The translations under genes and the position numbers were made by a program. Under the pieces are notes generated by a model. It was not told the DNA's origin. It saw only the letters and a program-made list of their open reading frames with translations, and made no database searches. From an uncultured Chlamydiae bacterium (GTDB taxonomy: Bacteria > Chlamydiota > Chlamydiia > Chlamydiales > Parachlamydiaceae): a stretch of 64,000 nucleotides of DNA. The DNA lies in contig CAVWGN010000001.1 of assembly GCA_963754655.1 (NCBI GenBank), forward strand, positions 2,272,001 through 2,336,000, in the 5' to 3' direction. Shown piece after piece: positions 28,809 through 38,010 of the stretch; within the stretch, counting starts at the first letter, position 1; the number at the start of each line of letters is the position of its first letter.

Positions 28809-30038
28809 ATGCGCAAGTTTTTTATTTCTTTTATCTTATTTTTTACCTCAACTTATGCTCAGAATATTCCTATTAAGGAAATTCTGAGCGATCTACCGGT
28901 ATCAGACCGGCAAGCCTTAAATCAAATATTTGCCTGGATTGTACAAAGAGATCACCTAAGTTATACATTGTTTGGTGACAAGCCTATTACTTTATCAGGT
29001 CACTTTATCAAAATACCATCAGGAAAGGGAGAATTGATGAATTCGCTACCTTTTGTCCAAGAAAACATTCCGGTGAATATGAATTTTATCACTCGATTTA
29101 AAGAACAGGTGCACCATTTTTTTCGACGTCCACGAGTTGTGCAAATTTTGACTTATCTTCCTGCTTTTCTGATAGGAAAACATAAAGCACTTGCAGAACT
29201 CATTATGAAATGCCGCAAAATATTTGAACAAACGCCTCAATATGTTGACAAGATGCAAGTTAAAATTTATGGGGGGGATAAATTAGCCACTTTAGTCGCA
29301 TTAGAAAAGAAAATAGAGAGCAAATCTTCTCAACAATTTTCTACAATTTTTAAATTTTCTGCCAATAATTGTTTAGACGAAGCGAGAGAAATACGAAAAA
29401 ATTTGACTGATCACAATCAAAGAATTGGAATTCTGAATCTTGCAAACCGTTGGCAACCATGTGGTGTGGGATTAGCTCCTTATGGAGGAAGTCAAGAAGA
29501 ATATTTGGCACGGCGATCTTGTCTTGCTTGGGCATTTGATCCTCAATTCCAATCCGCAACTGTACATGATGAAATGCGAGGAGTTAGGCGAAGCGAAAGT
29601 TATGATGACGAGCATTTTGAACATCATATTCCTTACTTTGGAGCTGTTGTCACAACAGATGTCACATTTATTGATCAAAATACGTTCGATGAATTTGACA
29701 TTATTTCCTCTGCGGCTCCTGATTTGCGTGCAGGATCTGATGAGTCGAATTATCTAAAAAGATTTGGCTCAGATCAAGAAGTTGCACGACAGCAAATATT
29801 AGAGAATAAAATCAAAGCCATTTTTGATTCAGCTATTATTGAAAATATCGAAAATCTGGTACTAGGCGCATACGGATGCGGCTGTTTTCAAAATGACCTC
29901 GAAGAAGTCGCGGGCATTTTTGCCAAAGTCTTAAATCTAGATGATTATAAAGATAGATTTCACCATATCACTTTTGCCATTACTGATGATGCTAAATTGG
30001 ATGTTTTCCAGGAGCTTATTCAGAATGCCGGCAGTTAA
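28809..30038 (+). CDS. Signal-peptide-bearing bacterial-type PARG-like macrodomain protein (DUF2263/TIGR02452-like)
   Basis: Sec-type N-terminus MRKFFISFILFFTSTYA; LNLAN..GGSQEEYLARRS, ISSAAPDL and LVLGAYGCGCFQN. Confidence 0.78.
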   Translation: MRKFFISFILFFTSTYAQNIPIKEILSDLPVSDRQALNQIFAWIVQRDHLSYTLFGDKPITLSGHFIKIPSGKGELMNSLPFVQENIPVNMNFITRFKEQVHHFFRRPRVVQILTYLPAFLIGKHKALAELIMKCRKIFEQTPQYVDKMQVKIYGGDKLATLVALEKKIESKSSQQFSTIFKFSANNCLDEAREIRKNLTDHNQRIGILNLANRWQPCGVGLAPYGGSQEEYLARRSCLAWAFDPQFQSATVHDEMRGVRRSESYDDEHFEHHIPYFGAVVTTDVTFIDQNTFDEFDIISSAAPDLRAGSDESNYLKRFGSDQEVARQQILENKIKAIFDSAIIENIENLVLGAYGCGCFQNDLEEVAGIFAKVLNLDDYKDRFHHITFAITDDAKLDVFQELIQNAGS

Positions 30039-30099
30039 GAGATAGAATAGACTCACGGGTCAAGCCTCCTTACTCAAAATTCGCTCTCAAAGAATAGGT

Positions 30100-31476
30100 T
30101 TAAATTTGCTCAAGCGAAACATCTGATAGAATAGGCTCTGTTTTTTTTGGTTCTATAGCAGGTGATGCAATGTTAAAGGAGATTTCATGGCGCAACAAGA
30201 AAATGCCAATGCCATTAATGATAAGTAGAGAAACTCCCGCAATCGCCATCACGGTTTGTGCTTGAGCAGTCCCCATAAATGAAAAGGCTAAAAGGGTCAC
30301 AACAGCATACGCATAATAAACAAAACGTCCCCAGCGAGGAGAGAGATGCTCAGCGCACTTTAAACCTACGCAAAAGTAAGCATTAATCGTATTATAACCC
30401 AACATAAAAAGAAAAATAGGCATAAAGATATGCATGTAGGGAAAATATTGTCCCAATGCCATTTGCACTAACATGCCTGCTTCAATAGGCTCATGCCAGA
30501 TTCCCGTGGCCAAGATAAGGAACAAACTCGTTGTACACACAATAAAGGTATCTAAAAAGATATCAAAAATGGCCAAAGCAGCCTGTTTTTCAGGCTCTTG
30601 AACACTGCTCTCACTATGAATAACAGAGGCATAGCCAACACCAATGTCCCCTGTATAGCATCCGCGCCGAATTCCATGCGACATCGTGGCAATCATGCCC
30701 GCTCCCGCAAATCCTCCAAACGCTGCATGCCCCGTAAAGGCAGAAACAAAAATCTCCTTAAAAACAGATGGCAAAGCAGACAAATTGTTTACAAGCACCC
30801 AGGCTCCCATCCCCACATAAATAAAAACAAAAATGGGCAGGCTTTTACTTGAAATATTTCCCACTCGTCGTACTCCTCCACTGCCAGCAAAAATGACAAG
30901 CGCAAGAAGAGTAGCTATGACGATATAACTATTAAATCCCAAGTTAGTCGTCACACTTGTCGTAATCACACTAAATTGGTAGACCTCAACTCCATAAATG
31001 CAAAGCAATAGGCACACAACCTGAGGAATCCAAGTTTGCTTGAAAACATGAGCCAAAAAGTACATGGGCCCCCCATTATAACCCCCTTTGCCATTTGGGA
31101 CTCGATAACGTAAGCCTAAGTAAACCTCTGAATATTTTAGAATCATGCCCGCTAAAGCAGTTATCCAAATCCAAAATAAAGCGCCAGGACCCCCTAATTG
31201 AACAGCTGTGCAAATGCCCACAATGTTTCCAATTCCGACACATCCACCCACAGCAGCAAAAAAAGCCTTTAAAGGATGAACCCCACGCTCTTGTTCCATA
31301 TTGCGAACTCGTAAAAATCCAAAAAACGTTTTAAACACAAGCGGAAGATTGCGAATTTGGAAAAAATGAGATTTTATTGAGAAATACAGCCCAAGCAATA
31401 TAACAAGCGGAACTCCAAAATAGGTCCACATTAAATTTTCTATCAGATCTAAGCGGTCAGTTAAGGCTGTCAACAT
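30100..31476 (-). CDS. Sodium:alanine/glycine symporter (AGCS family)
   Basis: VGIGNIVG..GGPGALFWIW and GGPMYF; many transmembrane segments. Confidence 0.9.
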   Translation of the reverse strand: MLTALTDRLDLIENLMWTYFGVPLVILLGLYFSIKSHFFQIRNLPLVFKTFFGFLRVRNMEQERGVHPLKAFFAAVGGCVGIGNIVGICTAVQLGGPGALFWIWITALAGMILKYSEVYLGLRYRVPNGKGGYNGGPMYFLAHVFKQTWIPQVVCLLLCIYGVEVYQFSVITTSVTTNLGFNSYIVIATLLALVIFAGSGGVRRVGNISSKSLPIFVFIYVGMGAWVLVNNLSALPSVFKEIFVSAFTGHAAFGGFAGAGMIATMSHGIRRGCYTGDIGVGYASVIHSESSVQEPEKQAALAIFDIFLDTFIVCTTSLFLILATGIWHEPIEAGMLVQMALGQYFPYMHIFMPIFLFMLGYNTINAYFCVGLKCAEHLSPRWGRFVYYAYAVVTLLAFSFMGTAQAQTVMAIAGVSLLIINGIGIFLLRHEISFNIASPAIEPKKTEPILSDVSLEQI

Positions 31477-31541
31477 TTAAAATTTTTCCTATTAATTAAT
31501 AGATAGGCTTTATAAAATAGTAAATAAAATCCTATTAAAAG

Positions 31542-32006
31542 TCAATTAATAATTTGATTTATATATAAAAATTGTTCTTTCCAGTAATAAGCATCCAAAA
31601 GCCCTTGTGTCTCGCGTTGAAGGATCTGATAGCTTAAATAAATCGCTTCAATGGAAGCTAATCCCCTTTCTGGATCGGGACAATCCTGCTGACGGCGAGG
31701 ATAAGCAGTGCGATAGTGAGTAGGAAGACTGCGATAAAGAAATTGAGGTTGCTGTTCCAATGGCTTGATCATTTTCTTTGCATAACGCCAAGTGGCATCG
31801 AGAATGAGAAGACCATGAGGGGCATCTTCTAAGGTTAAAGAAGGGGCATTGAGAGTTAAGATGATGTAATTCTGAAGGTTAGGAAGGAGTGAATAAGGAT
31901 ATGTCAGAAAGACAAAATCGGATCTTGTTTCAAGCCCCCGTAAGCTACACTTTTTTAAGTTTTCTAGGCGATGGCGAATCACGACAGTAGGAGGAAAAGG
32001 TTGCAT
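31542..32006 (-). CDS. Tsr3/DTW-like RNA-modification protein
   Basis: ENLKKCSL, ILDATWRYA, RSLP and GLASIEAIY motifs. Confidence 0.6.
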   Translation of the reverse strand: MQPFPPTVVIRHRLENLKKCSLRGLETRSDFVFLTYPYSLLPNLQNYIILTLNAPSLTLEDAPHGLLILDATWRYAKKMIKPLEQQPQFLYRSLPTHYRTAYPRRQQDCPDPERGLASIEAIYLSYQILQRETQGLLDAYYWKEQFLYINQIIN

Positions 32007-32133
32007 TTTTGTAAAAATTCTCGCAATTTAATTAATTATCAATTTTGATGATGAAAGATTAGATGATTTTAATCTTCTTTTAGGATAAATTCAAGAAAGG
32101 AATTTCTTTTCATTTTAATTAAAGGATCTTTTT

Positions 32134-32658
32134 ATGAAAAAAATTGCAACTTTGTGCTTGAGCAGTCTATCATTATTAAGTGCGACCTTATTAATGGGTC
32201 AATCTTATCCATCAGGTGATTATTCTCAAAATCCCTATGCAGGTAATCAAATCAATTGGCTAAGAAATTATTCTGATGCGGTAGCTTTATCTCAATCCAC
32301 TTCCAAACCCATAGCCATTTTATTTACGGGCACAGGCTGGTGTCCTGCCTGCATGAAGTTAGAGCGAGCTGTTCTAAACAATCCAGAATTTACACAAGCA
32401 GTCGGCCAAAGATTTGTTTTTTTAAAGGCTGAGTTTCCCGATTATTCAGAACAAGCTGTGATGGCTTCTCCCTATAAACCTTTGCTGGATCGCTACGGAA
32501 TCAATGAATTTCCCACCATTGTCGTCGTCAATACCAATGGCCAGCTGCTGTATACAGTCAATTATCGAGAAGGCGGACCTCAGGCCTATGCACAGGAATT
32601 ACTGCAAAAGCTCAATCAAGGAAGTTCTATGACTCCTAACTCCCATCATCGATTCTAA
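32134..32658 (+). CDS. Exported thioredoxin-fold oxidoreductase (DsbH-like)
   Basis: Signal peptide; FTGTGWCPAC and FPT cis-Pro loop. Confidence 0.8.
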   Translation: MKKIATLCLSSLSLLSATLLMGQSYPSGDYSQNPYAGNQINWLRNYSDAVALSQSTSKPIAILFTGTGWCPACMKLERAVLNNPEFTQAVGQRFVFLKAEFPDYSEQAVMASPYKPLLDRYGINEFPTIVVVNTNGQLLYTVNYREGGPQAYAQELLQKLNQGSSMTPNSHHRF

Positions 32659-32689
32659 GCTTTCTTACATTTTTTTCTCTGCATAAAGC

Positions 32690-34699
32690 TCAAACTACCC
32701 GCCAATCGGTCACACGCAATACTTCTTTAGGAATTTCAAATAAGAAGCGAGAGGGGCGGCTAACCGCCTCTTTTCCCATACGCTTGCGTTGCTGCGCCAT
32801 ACTCAGCGTGAGATGTTGACGAGCGCGCGTAATTGCCACGTACATCAACCGTCTTTCTTCTTCTAATCCTGTTTCTTTTAAGCTTTTTTCATGCGGAATG
32901 ATATGATCTTCTAATCCAACTAAGAAGCATGCAGGAAATTCTAATCCTTTAGCACTATGGAAGGTCATCAATTGCACTCGATCATCATGATGACGCTTCT
33001 TATTGGCTTGCATCAATTGATTATCTAAGGTGAGATTCGCAATAAAGGTAGACAAAGATCTATCCAATTCTGGATGGCATTTTGCTTTTTCTTCAAACTC
33101 AGCTAAGGAAGAGATAAATTCCTGAACATTTTCACTTTTAAAATCGCGCATCTGTTGACTCTTTACTTCTTCTTTAATGGCGCGTTGGTAATCGATGCGC
33201 TCAATTAACCACTGAAGAGTTTCGGCTAAATTCCCCTTGTCAAAGCGCTCCTTTGCTTCCTCCAAAGCCCCAATGAAATCTTCTAAGCCTTTATAAGCTT
33301 TAGCATGAAGAGCAAAATGAATAAAGCGTGAATCACGCTGCACCACTCCTTTTAGAACCTCCCATAAGGGTAACTGATGCTGACGATTATATGTCGTCAA
33401 TAAGTCTAACGTTTCTTCGCCTATCCCTCGCCGCGGCTGATTGATGATGCGCAGCAAAGCTTCTTGATCGAGTGGATTGACGATTAAGCGCAGATAGGCA
33501 CATAAATCCTTCACTTCACGCCTTTCGTAAAATTCTACTCCTCCAACAACTTCATAGGGAATTCCTTGAATCCACTGCTGTCCATTTTTCCAGGTATGCT
33601 TCATGAGAGCAAGCTCAAATTGCCGCGATAAAGCATTAGAGCGATAAAGAATCGCCATATCGCGCCAACGCAATCCTTGCACTTCTCTGAGCTTCACTAT
33701 GCGCTTCACAATAGCTTGCGCTTCTTCTTGTTCATTAGGCGAGTGAAAAATTTCAATGGCTTCTCCTTCTCCTTTATCGCTCCACAACGCTTTGTCATGC
33801 CGTTGCTGATTATTTTTAATCACAGCATTGGCTGCTTTTAAAATCATATTTGTCGAGCGATAATTTTGCTCAAGCTTAATCACTGTGGCTTGATCAAAGA
33901 GCAAAATATTTTTGACATCTGCTCCTCGCCAACCATAAATAGATTGATCATCATCTCCTACCACACATAAATTTTGGTACTTAGCAGCAAGCAAAGAAGC
34001 TAATCGATATTGAATAGGATTTGTATCTTGGTATTCATCGATCATAAGATACCGATAACGCTCCTGATACTTTTCAAGAACATGTGGAAACCGTTCAAAA
34101 AGTTCGACGGTCAATCCCAATAAATTATCAAAATCGACGGCATTGTAGGCGCGCATGCTCGCTTGCAAGCGTCTATAGACTTCTTTCGCAAAACCATCAT
34201 GCCAAGAACCCTCTTCAAGCTGATCAGGAGTCAATCCTTTATTTTTAGCTTGGCGAATCGCCGCCAAAGTAGGAGCTAAAGAAGGCAGCTCCCCTTCTTG
34301 CTGCAAAATGTCGCGCGCAATAAGGTTGATCAGCCGCTGAACGTCCTGCTCATCATAAAGACTAAATTTAGTGGTATAGCCAAGGTGGTCAATATCATGG
34401 CGCAGAATCTGCATGCAGAAGCTATGAAAAGTGCACAGCATCACTTGCGCAGCTGCCTGCGCCTCCACAAAAGTAGCTAACCGATGACGCATTTCTGCTG
34501 CGGCTTTATTTGTAAAAGTTAATCCCAAAATTGCTTTGGGAGAAACCCTTTTTTCCTGAATCAAATAAGCCATTCTTAACGTCAAAACACGCGTTTTGCC
34601 ACTCCCAGCTCCAGCCAAAATCAATACACGCCCATTGATCAATTCTACAGCTCGTCTTTGATGGGGATTAAGTAAATCAATTTCTTTACAAATAGTCAT
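32690..34699 (-). CDS. uvrD: UvrD/Rep family helicase
   Basis: AGAGSGKTRVL, TFTNKAA, IDEYQDTN, VGDDDQSIY.WRGA, LEQNYRST, TFHSAKGLEF and EEERRLMYVAITRA. Confidence 0.93.
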   Translation of the reverse strand: MTICKEIDLLNPHQRRAVELINGRVLILAGAGSGKTRVLTLRMAYLIQEKRVSPKAILGLTFTNKAAAEMRHRLATFVEAQAAAQVMLCTFHSFCMQILRHDIDHLGYTTKFSLYDEQDVQRLINLIARDILQQEGELPSLAPTLAAIRQAKNKGLTPDQLEEGSWHDGFAKEVYRRLQASMRAYNAVDFDNLLGLTVELFERFPHVLEKYQERYRYLMIDEYQDTNPIQYRLASLLAAKYQNLCVVGDDDQSIYGWRGADVKNILLFDQATVIKLEQNYRSTNMILKAANAVIKNNQQRHDKALWSDKGEGEAIEIFHSPNEQEEAQAIVKRIVKLREVQGLRWRDMAILYRSNALSRQFELALMKHTWKNGQQWIQGIPYEVVGGVEFYERREVKDLCAYLRLIVNPLDQEALLRIINQPRRGIGEETLDLLTTYNRQHQLPLWEVLKGVVQRDSRFIHFALHAKAYKGLEDFIGALEEAKERFDKGNLAETLQWLIERIDYQRAIKEEVKSQQMRDFKSENVQEFISSLAEFEEKAKCHPELDRSLSTFIANLTLDNQLMQANKKRHHDDRVQLMTFHSAKGLEFPACFLVGLEDHIIPHEKSLKETGLEEERRLMYVAITRARQHLTLSMAQQRKRMGKEAVSRPSRFLFEIPKEVLRVTDWRVV

Positions 34700-34829
34700 C
34701 TTTTGTCTCTTTCCTCAATAGAATGAATTTACTTTTTTATTAGTTTGATTAAAAAAATTCTTGCCATAGAAGTGTTTCAGTTAATATCAATTTAATGGTC
34801 GCACATTCGGCCAAATTCAAATTCGGCAT

Positions 34830-35168
34830 TCACTTCGGGATATCAAGAGAAAAACAAGCCAGTTTATCTAAAAAGGAAAGAAATTCTTGTTGAATATCCG
34901 ATAAAGTAGCATTGAGAGCTTGAGAGCGCGGGCGAATCACAATATCAAAAGTCTTTTGAAAGTGAGGATAGGAGAGACGAAAAGCTTCACGCACCAGTCG
35001 TTTAAAACGGTTACGTTGATGAGCAGCCCCATAACGCTTTGTAGCAGTAATTCCTAGTCTAGAAAAAACACCTGTCGTAAGACGGATATCTACTAGAATC
35101 CATTGCCCTGTAAATTTGAATGTTTTTTGAGTCATGCGCTGGTACTGATGACGAGTACGCAAGCGCAT
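34830..35168 (-). CDS. rnpA: Ribonuclease P protein component (true start possibly upstream)
   Basis: RLGITATKRYGAAHQRNRFKRLVREAFR; directly downstream of rpmH. Confidence 0.92.
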   Translation of the reverse strand: MRLRTRHQYQRMTQKTFKFTGQWILVDIRLTTGVFSRLGITATKRYGAAHQRNRFKRLVREAFRLSYPHFQKTFDIVIRPRSQALNATLSDIQQEFLSFLDKLACFSLDIPK

Positions 35169-35188
35169 AGATTTAGAAAAAGAATAAT

Positions 35189-35326
35189 TTAGACGCGTGT
35201 TAATTGCTTACGTCCATGTCTGCGGCGTCTATTGATCAGTTTGCGACCACTGGCAGTGCTCATTCTTTTTAAAAAACCATGCTCAGAAGCACGGCGACGT
35301 TTGCTGGGTTGATAGGTACGTTTCAC
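35189..35326 (-). CDS. rpmH: 50S ribosomal protein L34 (missing from the ORF track)
   Basis: Hand translation from [48 protein letters not shown]. Confidence 0.96.
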   Translation of the reverse strand: MKRTYQPSKRRRASEHGFLKRMSTASGRKLINRRRRHGRKQLTRV

Positions 35327-35573
35327 GGTAAATCTTCCTTACAAGTGATTTTTCTTAACAATTCATTTATTGACTTGGCCAAAAGGATAAGAGTTTTAGG
35401 AAATAAAAGCAACAATTTATTCTAGCTTTCAGCGTCTCTCCCTAAATTTCATCTTTCTCATGACAAAAAGATTGAATAAAAATTGTGTTTTGCTTTATAA
35501 CTAATGCTTACTTTATCTCAATTTTAAGAGTCTAGTAAACAAATCATTGGCTGCAAAGGACCTCAGCCACAAT

Positions 35574-35643
35574 CTAGTGCTCGTTGACAGGAGTTTGGGT
35601 ATATTTGTCCAAATATACCCAAACTCCTGTCAACGAGCACTAG
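35574..35643. repeat. 70-bp palindrome with perfect 34-bp arms and CTAG ends
   Basis: ctagtgctcgttgacaggagtttgggtatatttg-tc-caaatatacccaaactcctgtcaacgagcactag. Confidence 0.9.
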
Positions 35644-35702
35644 GATTCAATCATCCAAAGAAAGGTCGACATCTTTACTGATTAATGAATTAGGAAACTG
35701 TC

Positions 35703-35840
35703 ATGAAAGTTAAAGCATCGGTTAAAGCTGATCCTTCTAAAGGCGATATTCTTGTGCGTCGTTCTGGTCGTTTATACGTGATTAACAAAAAAGATCCTAA
35801 CCGCAAGCAACGTCAAAAAGGCCCAGCCCGAAAAAAATAA
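35703..35840 (+). CDS. rpmJ: 50S ribosomal protein L36, zinc-independent type (missing from the ORF track)
   Basis: Hand translation: [45 protein letters not shown]. Confidence 0.95.
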   Translation: MKVKASVKADPSKGDILVRRSGRLYVINKKDPNRKQRQKGPARKK

Positions 35841-35850
35841 GGAAATCAAA

Positions 35851-36156
35851 ATGGCGAAAAAGTCATCTGTAGAAAAACAAAAGCGTCGCGAAAGGCTTGT
35901 CAACCTTAAATGGGCAAAAAGACAGGAACTACGCGATAAAGTTTACAATATGAATCTCAGCGAAGAAGAAAGAGAGCAAGCGCGTACTGCCCTCAATAAA
36001 ATGCCTAGAGATTCTTCTCCAATCCGTTTGAGAAATCGGTGCCAAATGACAGGCCGTCCCCGTGGCTATCTACGCAAGTTTAAACTTTCACGTCTTAGTT
36101 TCCGTGAACTTGCCTCTATGGGAATGATCCCAGGAGTGACGAAGTCTAGCTGGTAA
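35851..36156 (+). CDS. rpsN: 30S ribosomal protein S14 (101-aa type)
   Basis: [34 protein letters not shown]. Confidence 0.97.
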   Translation: MAKKSSVEKQKRRERLVNLKWAKRQELRDKVYNMNLSEEEREQARTALNKMPRDSSPIRLRNRCQMTGRPRGYLRKFKLSRLSFRELASMGMIPGVTKSSW

Positions 36157-36161
36157 ACTTC

Positions 36162-36260
36162 TAGAGAAAAGCGTCAAATCAATAGAACGATAGGGATAGG
36201 GGTAGGAGGAGAAGACTCTCCGTAACCCCTATGGTTTTATTGATTTGACGCTTTTTTCTA
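36162..36260. terminator. Long hairpin between convergent genes, probable bidirectional terminator
   Basis: aaaagcgtcaaatcaata ... tattgatttgacgctttt arms fill the intergenic space. Confidence 0.6.
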
Positions 36261-36788
36261 TTATAGTTTATTCAAGGCAGCTTTTAGATCAGATAAATGA
36301 TCGACTTTTTCCCACTTTTCCATTCCCTCTGTCCAGACATAACTATTCAGCTCAAGCTGTCCTCGATTCCACAGTTCTCGCAAAGCAATTATGCTGACAG
36401 GACCCATCTGCTGATGATTTTGATCTAGATAATACCAAAGCTTATCCTCTTGCCGCTTGAGTTCTTCCTGATTAGGGACCGTAGAAGGTAAATATTGAAG
36501 AGAAGGATCAGGCTCAGAAACCGTCATGGTAGGCATTCCATTATTGCTTCGCTCATTTTTAACGGATGGAAAAAAAAGAAGAATGAGAGGAGCGAAAATC
36601 CCTAATAAAACTCCTAGGATAAACCAGAGCAAGGGATTCCTCCCTTTCGATTTGGCAAAATAGGCAGTTAAACTTGCTATAATCAAAAGAAGTAGAAAGC
36701 TCAAGAGTATATTTAAATCTGTATGAGGCATGGAAAATCCTTTGCAATGTTGCCATTTATAATAACCTAAGTTTGTTTTTTTCGCCAT
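36261..36788 (-). CDS. Membrane protein with C-terminal GYF_2/DUF4339-like domain
   Basis: AKSKGRNPLLWF transmembrane region; WYYL...QMGPVS..L..YVWTEGMEKW. Confidence 0.75.
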   Translation of the reverse strand: MAKKTNLGYYKWQHCKGFSMPHTDLNILLSFLLLLIIASLTAYFAKSKGRNPLLWFILGVLLGIFAPLILLFFPSVKNERSNNGMPTMTVSEPDPSLQYLPSTVPNQEELKRQEDKLWYYLDQNHQQMGPVSIIALRELWNRGQLELNSYVWTEGMEKWEKVDHLSDLKAALNKL

Positions 36789-36995
36789 TGGGTATGCGTG
36801 AAAGCCTCATGATTGAGCAGTTAAGCGTTAGCCCAAATGAAAAAAACCAACCCTCGTATGAGGAGTTTTTTGTCTTTTATGTCCTTTATCAACCTGCTTT
36901 AATTGCATCCTTAGACGCCAAAAACGCTAGTCAGATTAAAAAAATCATGGTAATCTATTAGGAAACACCTGTCAACTCTGCAAGGAGAATTTATC

Positions 36996-37484
36996 ATGGT
37001 TAATCCTAAATTAAAAGTTGATAAGAAAAAAGTCGATACTAAAGAATTTGAGCTACCTGAAACAGTATTTATCCGTGATATTGAAGATAAAGTCTTTCAA
37101 TCAATTGTTCTCCAATGCTTAGCACAGATTGAAGGGATTAGCCTTGTCGAGGGAAATTTCATTGATCATGTACTAGGAAGAAGCGCAGAAGGTGTTAAGG
37201 GAATTTATGCAGAACAAGATGACAAAAATCAATCTGTTAACATCAAATTAGAAGTCAATATTCTCTATGGAACTAGTATTCCTGAAAAAGCGGAAGAAAT
37301 TCAAACCAAAATTGCTGATGAGATTACCAAATTAACCGGACTGCATGTTGCTTCTGTCCATGTCGTTTTTAAAAATGTCATCTCAATGGAACAAGCGAGC
37401 AAGCTTAGCCAGCAAGGCTCATCTCAAAACGCTCCTCAACTCATGGAATCCAATTTAGGAGAAGAATATTCGGATGAGTTTTAA
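36996..37484 (+). CDS. Asp23/Gls24 family protein
   Basis: VNILYGTSIPEKAEEIQ..I..LTGLHV..VHV. Confidence 0.8.
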   Translation: MVNPKLKVDKKKVDTKEFELPETVFIRDIEDKVFQSIVLQCLAQIEGISLVEGNFIDHVLGRSAEGVKGIYAEQDDKNQSVNIKLEVNILYGTSIPEKAEEIQTKIADEITKLTGLHVASVHVVFKNVISMEQASKLSQQGSSQNAPQLMESNLGEEYSDEF

Positions 37485-38010
37485 ATTGGGTCGTTTTTTT
37501 TATCTTGCGATTAGCTTTATCATTGGCAGCTTTTTTTTCATTTTTGGAGCTTTTAGCATTGTACTTCCCTGGTCTTCTTTTTTACAGACCATTGCCACTC
37601 AATTTATTTTAGAAAACACTCTGATCCTTTCCCTTTTTGGTCTCGGATTTACCCTTATTGGCCTCTCCATCGTCATTTATGCCCTCCTTAAAACTCGCCA
37701 TCGCTATGTGCACATTCGAATAGGGGAATGGGGCGTAATTCTTGATGAAAAAGTCATTCATCAATACTTAGAAGCCTATTGGAAAAAGCATTTTCCTAAA
37801 TCGCACATCCCTTTCAATTTAAGCATCAAAAAACACTCTCTGCAAATTATTGCCGACCTTCCCTCCCTGCCCTTACGCGAACAAAAACTTTTCCTTGAAC
37901 AAGTCAAACAAGATTTCAATGATTTGTTTGGCCGGGTATTAGGCTATCCTTATGATGTTCATTTAATTGCTAGTTTCCAGGCAAATCAAACATCTGCAAA
38001 TCCCTCCTAA
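37474..38010 (+). CDS. Membrane-anchored hypothetical protein (AmaP-like position next to Asp23)
   Basis: Two N-terminal transmembrane helices; overlaps the Asp23 gene stop. Confidence 0.6.
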   Translation: MSFKLGRFFYLAISFIIGSFFFIFGAFSIVLPWSSFLQTIATQFILENTLILSLFGLGFTLIGLSIVIYALLKTRHRYVHIRIGEWGVILDEKVIHQYLEAYWKKHFPKSHIPFNLSIKKHSLQIIADLPSLPLREQKLFLEQVKQDFNDLFGRVLGYPYDVHLIASFQANQTSANPS

